A stretch of DNA of 53,416 nucleotides from Thermotogota bacterium. Lineage in GTDB: Bacteria; Thermotogota; Thermotogae; Petrotogales; Petrotogaceae. Shown here piece after piece: positions 38,431 through 46,514 of the stretch. The stretch lies in assembly GCA_051748045.1 (NCBI GenBank), contig JBNJGY010000008.1, positions 1 through 53,416 of the forward strand, written 5' to 3'. Position 1 is the first letter of the stretch, and the number at the start of each line of letters is the position of its first letter. The notes under the pieces were generated by a model. It searched no databases and was not told the origin of the DNA. It worked only from the letters and a program-made list of their open reading frames with translations. Both the position numbers and the translations under genes were made by a program.

Positions 38431-41037
38431 TTATCCTTTTACAGATCCTTGAGTTAATCCTCCTATAATCCATTTTTGCATGGTTAAGAAAATGATTACC
38501 ATTGGAATAGCCCCTACTAATGAGGCAGCTGTAAACATACCCCATTGAGTCTCAAAAGGCCCTTGAGAGAATGTCTGTAGTCCAACAGCATAGGTATAAT
38601 TAACTTCACTTTGAAGAACTATTTTCGCTATAACAAATTCGTTAAATGTATTCATAAATGTCAATATTGTTATAACAGAAATAATAGGCAATGATAATGG
38701 AAGTACTATTAACCAGAATGTTTGGAATCTCGTCGCACCATCAATCATCGCTGATTCTTCTAAAGAATCAGGTATTGTATCATAGTATCCTTTAAACAGC
38801 CACATATTATAGGCTACATTTCCCAAATAGGCAAATATCAAACCACCTAGAGTATCTAACCCAATAAAGGGTAGGTAATCTCCAAGGAAATTTAAAATTC
38901 CATAAATAGCAACCATAAACATTACTATTGGGAACATTTGTACGATCATCAAGAAATAAAGTCCTGTAGATCTACCAACAAATTTCATTCTTGAGAAAGG
39001 GTAGGCAGCTAAAGAAGTAATAAGAACTGTTATTATAGCTGTCATACCTGCTACTAATATAGAATTGAATAACCATCTCAAAAACGGTTTTCTAATCATT
39101 TCTTCCCATAAATGTTGTATGCTATAGAGAGATTTATCTATGTCTTTTAATTTTCCAGCTAAATTTCCATCTGAGACATAAGATAGATCTGCTGTTACTC
39201 TTGAAGCTCTTGCTATATTAGAATTTACATTACCAAATCCAGAAATATACGCATCTCTCATTTGAGAGAGAGCTGGAATACTTGATATATTTCCACCATA
39301 GTTCAAGTGGAGATAATCTTCCAAGTTTTCATCGAATATACTCATATTTTCTCTAATCTCAACTAATAAAGTATTTAAATCATCTTCCCCAGATTTAAAT
39401 TTAGAATAAGCATCATCCAAACTTGCTTTCCATCTTAAAAGTCTATATCTATTTCTTTCTGGTTTGTAACCTGTGAAAAAGTCTGAGTCCATAAAATTAG
39501 CATAATAAACTGATTCATCCATATTATCTATTGTAGATTCAGCAAAATAGAGATTCACTAATAAGTTAGGATACGATCTAACTTCGTTTATAAAGTTCAA
39601 TCTATTTTGATTATTTTTTTGGAAAGTTAAGTATTCATCGCTAACACTTATTTCTTCTTCTCTTAATGAATTTAATTCTTCACTTACATCGTTTAATTTT
39701 TCCATTGTTTCATTATATTTTTCAGATAGAAGAACAAGTTCATCTAAAGAAATTGACATTTTAACTGTGAGATTTTTTAAAGCTTCAAAAGAAGGAACTA
39801 CTTCTCTTTCGTCTCTTAAAGCGAATATTTTTTCAAAATTATTGTCTAAATAGGTATATATATTACCAAATTCTTTTATAACATTTAAAATTTCACTATC
39901 TTGATATTTTACTATTGATTCCATGTTTTCTACAAATTTTGGTAATTTTCTTGCATATTCTTCAACTAACTCTTGAAAATCAACATTATCTCCAAACATA
40001 GGAGATTCTGGTTCTATATCAGAAAAATCAAGTTTTTTAAAAATTTGATAAGAAGATTTAATTTTTTCTTGTTCTGGTAAATATATGTCTCCTACAGCTT
40101 TTATATTGTTATCTAGCTCTTTAACAGTTTCAGTGAGATCATTTTTTTGATTTTCTAATTCAGAAATATTGTTTCTAACTGAAGATAATCGACCAGAAAA
40201 TTCTTCTTCTTGAACAACTAAATTCTCAAAAGTATTTTCCAAAGAATCATTAATTTGAGTTGTAGTACTCTCAATTTCTTCTTCTAAACCAGTGTACATT
40301 TCTTTCAATTGATCTAATTTATCTCCAAAATTTTGAATTTGTTCATTATCAGAATTTTTCTTAGCAACCCTTATATTCCATAAAGTTGTTTTTACAGGAA
40401 TATCATATATAGCTTTAATTGTTTCATCAATTTGAGTTTCATCTTCTAACCCTAAATTTTTAAATTCATTATATAGTTCATCTCTAAAGGATAAAAATTC
40501 TTTTGTTATAGATTCTATTTCATTATTTGGAAATGAAAAATTATACTGTTCAGCTTCAGTTTGAATATTTTGTCTCATTTCTTCAAATAAAGTAACATCG
40601 TTGGTATTTATATATTCATTGATATTATTTAATAACTCTTCTCTATAACCATCGTTATAAACTTCATAAATTTCTTGAAATTGTTCATCTATTGAATCCA
40701 TATTTCTTTCAGTTCTTTGTAAATAAGTTTCTAATCTTTCTAATTCACTAGTAGCTTCATCTACTGCTTCATCGTATGTGAAATCTGAGTATTCACTTAT
40801 GTAGGTACTAACTTTATTTAAGTTTTGCATTATTTCAGGAACATTTGGAGTTTGAAAAATCAAATCTTTATAGTTATTAAAAGTAATTCTATCAGAAAAT
40901 AATCTTGGTGAAAAAGCTGCAGCATCTCTTCTAATAGAAGTGGATACTACCCAAATCATAGGAAAAAGTATTATAACTATCATTATGATTATCAATATAT
41001 GTCTTAATAAATAATTTTTCTGTTCTATTCTAGCCAT
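38431..41037 (-). CDS. malG: Maltose/maltodextrin ABC permease MalG with a ~600-aa extracytoplasmic insertion
   Basis: TM1 FPMIWVVSTS; long helical insert; FLRWLFNS, KGYYDTIPDSLEESAMIDGA (EAA loop), GGLTQGSVKG. Confidence 0.9.
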   Translation of the reverse strand: MARIEQKNYLLRHILIIIMIVIILFPMIWVVSTSIRRDAAAFSPRLFSDRITFNNYKDLIFQTPNVPEIMQNLNKVSTYISEYSDFTYDEAVDEATSELERLETYLQRTERNMDSIDEQFQEIYEVYNDGYREELLNNINEYINTNDVTLFEEMRQNIQTEAEQYNFSFPNNEIESITKEFLSFRDELYNEFKNLGLEDETQIDETIKAIYDIPVKTTLWNIRVAKKNSDNEQIQNFGDKLDQLKEMYTGLEEEIESTTTQINDSLENTFENLVVQEEEFSGRLSSVRNNISELENQKNDLTETVKELDNNIKAVGDIYLPEQEKIKSSYQIFKKLDFSDIEPESPMFGDNVDFQELVEEYARKLPKFVENMESIVKYQDSEILNVIKEFGNIYTYLDNNFEKIFALRDEREVVPSFEALKNLTVKMSISLDELVLLSEKYNETMEKLNDVSEELNSLREEEISVSDEYLTFQKNNQNRLNFINEVRSYPNLLVNLYFAESTIDNMDESVYYANFMDSDFFTGYKPERNRYRLLRWKASLDDAYSKFKSGEDDLNTLLVEIRENMSIFDENLEDYLHLNYGGNISSIPALSQMRDAYISGFGNVNSNIARASRVTADLSYVSDGNLAGKLKDIDKSLYSIQHLWEEMIRKPFLRWLFNSILVAGMTAIITVLITSLAAYPFSRMKFVGRSTGLYFLMIVQMFPIVMFMVAIYGILNFLGDYLPFIGLDTLGGLIFAYLGNVAYNMWLFKGYYDTIPDSLEESAMIDGATRFQTFWLIVLPLSLPIISVITILTFMNTFNEFVIAKIVLQSEVNYTYAVGLQTFSQGPFETQWGMFTAASLVGAIPMVIIFLTMQKWIIGGLTQGSVKG

Positions 41038-42773
41038 TATCTATTCACCTCTTCAAATGAGCCTGAGAATTTAAAGTTAACATAACTCAATACGGCTATT
41101 ATAGCAAATATCAATACAGATATGGCTGCTGCGAAACCAAAATCTTGGCCTCTTGAACCTTCAAATGCTAGTTTGTACGTATAAGAAATCAAAATATCAG
41201 TTGCACCTGCTGGTGTATTTGTGCCAGGAATAGCAGGTCTACCTTGAGTTAATAGATAGATATTTGTGAAATTGTTAAAATTAAATGCAAAAGCCATAAC
41301 CAGCAAAGGAGCTACTGAGGTCATCAATAACGGTAAAGTTATACTTCTAAATTGTTTAAATCTCGAAGCTCCATCAATCGATGATGCTTCATATAATTCA
41401 TCAGGTATACTTTGAAGAGCTCCTAATGATACAGTCATCATGTATGGGAATCCCAACCATGTATTGACTATCAAAACTGCAATTTTTGCCCAGAATGGAT
41501 CTTGCAACCATTTGATAGGTTCTGCGTTGAAAAGACCTTCAAGTAAAAATCTATTTAAAACTCCATAAGTTTCGTTAAAAAAACCATTCCTCCATACCAA
41601 TACAGATATAAAAGCAGGTATAGCCCAAGGAATAATCAATAGAGTTCTATATAGAATCTTACCTTTCAAGTTAGAGTCATTTAATGTAATTGCAAAAGCT
41701 AGTCCTATCGCAAAACTAAATAAAACTGTTAATCCTGCATAGGTTATTGTCCATCCAAATATTTGGAAAAATGGTTTAGAAATCCTAGGATCCGTAATAA
41801 TTTTCATGAAGTTGTTCGCTCCAACTCCTGTTTTATAACCTATTAATCTTTTTAGTTCTCCATCTTGATCTAAATCATAAAAAGTTCCCCCATCTTCTAC
41901 TAGCTCTTGATTAGATCTTGTGTTGTAAACTACTGTTTCATAAAAAGTTCTATCACCACTAATTCTAGATTTAACTCTAGTTTCGTATATTTTATATGAT
42001 TCTCCAAATTTTTTGTAAATATATTGATTAGATAAACTAAAACTTTTTATATTACTCTTTACAATTAAAGACTTTAAATATTTTTGTCTAATAATGGAAT
42101 TGTAAAAAGCTGAATTGGCAGAAACAGAAGAATCATAAGGATCATAAAAATACGTATACCTTGTATCGTTTCCTTCAATAGAAACTACTTTATTATTTTC
42201 TTCTTGAACGATCAACTCGTATTGATTATCATCAATTCTAACCTGATTATTTTCAATTAATCTCATGTTTGTTTCTGCATAAGTCAGGTTTCCTTCTGAA
42301 TCATATTCAGTTACAGAAGGTTTAGGTGCAAGATATTTATTTTCTTCACCCTTAAACAAAATCATAAAATCTTCAGTAGGTCTTAGTTCATTATCGTATT
42401 TAACGTAAATACTAAAATCCAAAAATTCTGACTCTTCAGGCTCAAAAAAATAAGAAGTATCAGTCAATAAAATGTCTATAGCTTGTTCTCTAGAAAATAA
42501 ATGACCTGTTCCATAATTTGTGAAAGCTGTTGAAACAGTATAGTACATTGGATACAGAGTTAAAATAAACAAGAAAAACATTGCAGGTAGAGTATATCTA
42601 TATGGATATCCTCTTTTTGTAAAAATCGCCCAATCAGTAAGTAATAAAAAAAGTGCAATAACAATAGCAAAACCATTATTACCTAACATGAATAAAGTTG
42701 CGGCGGCCCAAACAATGAAACCGTTCATAGTGGCTATAAAAAGCCATACTAAAAAATGAAATAATTTATTCAT
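41037..42773 (-). CDS. malF: Maltose/maltodextrin ABC permease MalF
   Basis: AFTNYG, large P2 loop, PWAIPAFIS, WLGFPY, LQSIPDELYEASSIDGA, TDILISYTY. Confidence 0.92.
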   Translation of the reverse strand: MNKLFHFLVWLFIATMNGFIVWAAATLFMLGNNGFAIVIALFLLLTDWAIFTKRGYPYRYTLPAMFFLFILTLYPMYYTVSTAFTNYGTGHLFSREQAIDILLTDTSYFFEPEESEFLDFSIYVKYDNELRPTEDFMILFKGEENKYLAPKPSVTEYDSEGNLTYAETNMRLIENNQVRIDDNQYELIVQEENNKVVSIEGNDTRYTYFYDPYDSSVSANSAFYNSIIRQKYLKSLIVKSNIKSFSLSNQYIYKKFGESYKIYETRVKSRISGDRTFYETVVYNTRSNQELVEDGGTFYDLDQDGELKRLIGYKTGVGANNFMKIITDPRISKPFFQIFGWTITYAGLTVLFSFAIGLAFAITLNDSNLKGKILYRTLLIIPWAIPAFISVLVWRNGFFNETYGVLNRFLLEGLFNAEPIKWLQDPFWAKIAVLIVNTWLGFPYMMTVSLGALQSIPDELYEASSIDGASRFKQFRSITLPLLMTSVAPLLVMAFAFNFNNFTNIYLLTQGRPAIPGTNTPAGATDILISYTYKLAFEGSRGQDFGFAAAISVLIFAIIAVLSYVNFKFSGSFEEVNR

Positions 42774-42810
42774 ATTTTACCCTCCCACAAGAGTATGTTA
42801 CATAAATACA

Positions 42811-42832
42811 GGAAGGGGTATTAACCCCTTCC
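42811..42832 (-). other. Intercistronic malE-malF hairpin (mRNA stabiliser or partial terminator)
   Basis: ggaaggggt-atta-accccttcc; weak U-tract on the - strand. Confidence 0.7.
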
Positions 42833-42882
42833 CAATATATAATAGTGATTTTTATTTAATTACTCGTTATTTTTTCAATAAG

Positions 42883-44085
42883 TTATTCTGAAATTGCTGT
42901 TGTTATTTTGTTAACTGCGTCGTCTAATGCAGGTTGAACTTCTTGATTTCCTGAAATAATATTTAAAATAGCTTCTTCCATTGCACTCCAAACAGGTGCC
43001 ATTTCTGGTACACTAGGCATAGGTACTCCACCTGCAGCTGCTTTTTGGAAAGCAGAAACGATATCTTCAGGAATTGGTCCTCCTCTTTCTGCTATAACTT
43101 CAGAAACATCTTCTCTTGCAGGAAGTCTTGGATCAGCAATATAGAAGTTGTAAATACCTTCTTGTGTAGCTAAGTAATTAACAACAAATTCTGTAGCAAA
43201 TGCTTTGTTTTCTGATCTAGCATTAACCATTAATCCTTGTACTCCAACAAATGGTTTACCAGTATCGCCGTCACCCAAGTCTAATTCAGTAACTGGGAAA
43301 ACGCCATAATCTATACCAGCATCTAAGTATTCTTTTGCTGCCCATGGACCGTTAAGAATCATAGCAGCTAATCCTTCTTTAAACATTGAGTTCATTGTAT
43401 CATAGTTAGCACCTTGAGGTATTATACCTTCTTCATAGAAAGATTCTATGATTTCAGCACCTGCAATAGCGCCTTCATTATTTAAACCAATATCATTTAC
43501 ATCGTAACCATCTTCTGCTGACCAATCAAAAACATATCCGCCTTTTCCTTGGATAAATGTTGATGAGAAATAGAAATCTTCAGCTCTGTAAATGAATCCT
43601 ACTGTTTCATCTGTTGTATATTCTTTTGCTATTGCTTTGAAGTCTTCAATATTTGAAGGTACTTCTTCAACATAGTCTTTGTTGTAATAAACTGATACTG
43701 ATTCGATTGCATATGGAAGACCGTATAATTGTCCATTCCATGTAAATGCATTAATTCCAGAATCTGCATATTTATCAGTTTCAACAGCTGATGTTGGAAT
43801 AGGTTCAATTAAACCATTATCAACTAATTCTCCAACCCAGTCATGCGCTCCAACTATAATATCTGGACCTTCACCTGCTGGTGCTGCTGTTAAGAATTTA
43901 GATTTGATATCCCCAAAATTAACTTGTTCAACTTCAACATTAATACCAGTGTCTCTTGCAAATTCTTCACCAATTCTTCTCATAAAGTCAACTTGTTGTT
44001 CTGATGACCAAACAACGATAGAATTAGCAAAAACTGCTACAGTTGCAAATAATGCAACTAAAGATAAAACTATAAGCTTTTTCAT
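42883..44085 (-). CDS. malE: Maltose/maltodextrin-binding protein MalE
   Basis: GEGPDIIVGAHDWVG, LYGLPYAIES, NGPW, PFVGVQG, PMPSVPEM..VW. Confidence 0.93.
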   Translation of the reverse strand: MKKLIVLSLVALFATVAVFANSIVVWSSEQQVDFMRRIGEEFARDTGINVEVEQVNFGDIKSKFLTAAPAGEGPDIIVGAHDWVGELVDNGLIEPIPTSAVETDKYADSGINAFTWNGQLYGLPYAIESVSVYYNKDYVEEVPSNIEDFKAIAKEYTTDETVGFIYRAEDFYFSSTFIQGKGGYVFDWSAEDGYDVNDIGLNNEGAIAGAEIIESFYEEGIIPQGANYDTMNSMFKEGLAAMILNGPWAAKEYLDAGIDYGVFPVTELDLGDGDTGKPFVGVQGLMVNARSENKAFATEFVVNYLATQEGIYNFYIADPRLPAREDVSEVIAERGGPIPEDIVSAFQKAAAGGVPMPSVPEMAPVWSAMEEAILNIISGNQEVQPALDDAVNKITTAISE

Positions 44086-44122
44086 CCTGGTAACCTCCCT
44101 TAATTAAGTAAAAAAAGTAATG

Positions 44123-44189
44123 GAAACGTTTTGTCGTTTAAAATTATATCATAGTTTCAATAAAATTCACATTTTATTAAAACGTTTTA
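44123..44189. promoter_or_regulatory. Two LacI-family-type operators flanking the malE promoter
   Basis: GAAACGTTTT at 44123-44132 and TAAAACGTTTTA at 44178-44189; extended -10 TGaTATAAT on the - strand at ~44143-44151. Confidence 0.6.
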
Positions 44190-44284
44190 TGAAAGGTTAG
44201 AGTAACTTATATCTAATTATTTCTGTTTACAAAGATATTTCTTGAAAATCCTGATTTATTATTATTTTAAACATTCTACACTAA

Positions 44285-45667
44285 TTATACAGGATAAATT
44301 GAGCTATCCTCTGAATTATACTCGTTCACAATATCGAAATCTATTCTTAAATTTTTATTGTATTTTTCCTTTAAATGCTTTATACCAACTTCACCAAACA
44401 AAATGTAAGTCAAGAGGTCTTCTTCAGTCTTTGTCATCACCCCAGATTTTTTTCTGGCGTTTTCTAATTCAGGAGCTAAATCATCTGCTGGCCTGTGATC
44501 TATTATTGGCTCATCACCTAGAGCTAATTTCACTAATTCTTGATTCACTTCTCCAGGAGCTTTTCCGTATTTGCCCTTTAAGTAGTTCTTTACCTCATTT
44601 GTTATCATTTTATATCTTTTACCAGTTAAAACATTCATAGTTGATTGAACTCCAACTATTTGACTTGTTGGTGTAACTAATGGTGGATAGCCTAAATCTT
44701 TTCTTACTTTTGGTACCTCTTCCAAAACCTCATCAAGTCTGTGACCAGCGTTTTGAGATTTTAACTGAGAAACTAAATTAGAGAGCATTCCACCTGGTAT
44801 TTGTGAATCTAAAATTTTTGCGTTAATTGATGTCATTTTCATATCTTGGTCTTCATGGTTTTTTCTTACTTTCCAGAAATGATCATCTAACTCAAGTATT
44901 AAATCAGAATCAAGTCCAAGATCAAAACTTTCATTAAAAGGTTCTACTGGTGGTTGAGAAGTTCCATTGGCAAAAGGACTTAACGCCAAATTTATTCCAT
45001 CAGCCCCCGCTTCAAGTGCTGCGTAATATGACATGGAGGCTAGTCCTGTTGTGTTGTGAGAGTGAACTTCAATTGGAATATTAAATTTTTCTTTTAATGA
45101 TTTTACAAGATTATATGCCTTTTTTGGTAATAATAGCCCAGCCATATCTTTAATACATAAAGAATCTACTCCTCTATCTACAAGTTCTTTTGCAAACCCG
45201 ACATAAAAATCTAAATTATGTACAGGGCTTTCAGTATACGACATTGCTCCTTGAACTTCTAATCCATATTTTTTTGAAAATTCAATGGATTTTTCAAGAT
45301 TTCTAATGTCATTCAAAGCATCAAATATTCTTATAATATCCATTCCATGATCTGCTACTTTTTTTATAAACAAATCTAAAACATCGTCTGGGTAATGTCT
45401 ATAACCAAGAATATTCTGCCCTCTTAAAAGCATCTGGGTTTTTGTGTTTTTTAATTTTGATTTTATAATATCTAATCTAGCCCACGGATCTTCTCCTAGA
45501 TACCTTATGCAAGAATCATAGGTCGCTCCGCCCCAGACTTCCATCGCTTTATATCCTACTTTATCAAATTTTTCAAGTTGATCTTCAAATTCCTCTGTTT
45601 TCATTCTTGTTGCAATTAAAGATTGTTGTCCATCTCTTAATGTGGTATCAACAACATATGGTTTCAT
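44285..45667 (-). CDS. Pyruvate carboxylase subunit B / oxaloacetate decarboxylase alpha carboxyltransferase domain (no biotin carrier)
   Basis: DTTLRDGQQSLIATRM, EVWGGATYD, RIFDALND, IKDMAG, HSH, PGGMLSN, LVTPTSQIVG; no AMKM motif. Confidence 0.9.
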   Translation of the reverse strand: MKPYVVDTTLRDGQQSLIATRMKTEEFEDQLEKFDKVGYKAMEVWGGATYDSCIRYLGEDPWARLDIIKSKLKNTKTQMLLRGQNILGYRHYPDDVLDLFIKKVADHGMDIIRIFDALNDIRNLEKSIEFSKKYGLEVQGAMSYTESPVHNLDFYVGFAKELVDRGVDSLCIKDMAGLLLPKKAYNLVKSLKEKFNIPIEVHSHNTTGLASMSYYAALEAGADGINLALSPFANGTSQPPVEPFNESFDLGLDSDLILELDDHFWKVRKNHEDQDMKMTSINAKILDSQIPGGMLSNLVSQLKSQNAGHRLDEVLEEVPKVRKDLGYPPLVTPTSQIVGVQSTMNVLTGKRYKMITNEVKNYLKGKYGKAPGEVNQELVKLALGDEPIIDHRPADDLAPELENARKKSGVMTKTEEDLLTYILFGEVGIKHLKEKYNKNLRIDFDIVNEYNSEDSSIYPV

Positions 45668-45883
45668 TGATGCACCTCCATAATTTTTAAATACACTTAT
45701 ATTCTAACAAGTTAATCTTAAGATATTAAGTATATTTATTCATGTTTTGTAAACAACAAAAGAGAAAAATCACAAATATTTTAAAAAAACTATCTTTTTG
45801 CCTGATTATAAAAATTATTATACAATTATAATAATATTAAAAAACTTGTGGTAATATTGAATTATACTATCGAGGTGATTCAC

Positions 45884-45973
45884 TTGAAAAAATTTTTTCT
45901 AGCGATACTGTTTTTTTTGATTGGTTTGCTTTCAGGTGGATTTATATTTTTCATCTTAGCTGCAATGACATAA
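45884..45973 (+). CDS. Unannotated 29-aa single-TM small protein MKKFFLAILFFLIGLLSGGFIFFILAAMT
   Basis: SD GAGGTGA at 45872-45878, TTG start, TAA directly followed by a terminator. Confidence 0.55.
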   Translation: MKKFFLAILFFLIGLLSGGFIFFILAAMT

Positions 45974-46009
45974 AAAAGCCCCCTAATAATTATTATTAAG
46001 GGGCTTTTT
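45972..46009. terminator. Bidirectional terminator (small ORF / queT)
   Basis: aaaaagcccc-ctaataat...attattaag-gggcttttt, with A/T runs on both sides. Confidence 0.8.
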
Positions 46010-46010
46010 A

Positions 46011-46463
46011 CTATTTTTGATAATGTTTTTGAAAAAAGTATAGAATAGGAAGTCCTATAGCATAAGTAACAACCGCTTGGCCAATTCCAATCCACAATAC
46101 TGTAGGCCAATAAGGAACTTCATATAGTTTCGCAACATATAATGAAACTCCAAATGCATTAACTAAAATGGGGGGTAAAGGAGCTAAATATTTATTTGGC
46201 ATTTTCCATGTTAGAAAAGCAGCTATCAATGTTAAGAGGCTACCAAACCAAATATCCCAGGCACCTAATCCTCCAATTATGTTTGCAACCATTACTCCAA
46301 TATATAATCCTGGAATAAAAGATGGGCTTAAAAAAGGTAAAACTGTAAAAGCCTCTGCTATTCTAAACTGAACAGGGCCAAAACTTATTGGCTGAAATAT
46401 GAGGGTTAACACTACATATATTCCAGCAACTAACCCAGCTGAAACTAAGTTCTTCGTCTTCAT
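46011..46463 (-). CDS. queT: QueT family queuosine-precursor transporter
   Basis: AGIYVVLT..PISFGPVQFRIAE, GLYIG..ANI, LAPLPPILVNA; preceded by a preQ1 riboswitch. Confidence 0.92.
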   Translation of the reverse strand: MKTKNLVSAGLVAGIYVVLTLIFQPISFGPVQFRIAEAFTVLPFLSPSFIPGLYIGVMVANIIGGLGAWDIWFGSLLTLIAAFLTWKMPNKYLAPLPPILVNAFGVSLYVAKLYEVPYWPTVLWIGIGQAVVTYAIGLPILYFFQKHYQK

Positions 46464-46469
46464 GAGACA

Positions 46470-46505
46470 CCTCCATGTTTTTTTAGGCGGGTTCTGCGAC
46501 CGCCA
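46470..46505 (-). ncRNA. preQ1 class I riboswitch (translational)
   Basis: Reverse complement GGCGG-UCGCAGAAC-CCGCC-UAAAAAAACAUG-GAGG: P1 stem, conserved loop ending in C, and an A-rich tail running into the SD. Confidence 0.9.
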
Positions 46506-46514
46506 AAATACTAT

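Noticed and set aside
44155-44172. Possible Rex box (TTCACA half-site) near the malE promoter
   Set aside because: Only one half-site matches, and it coincides with the likely -35 region
45880-46110. 76-aa - strand ORF
   Set aside because: Out of frame within the queT 3' end, runs through the terminator, and is antisense to the better-supported 29-aa ORF
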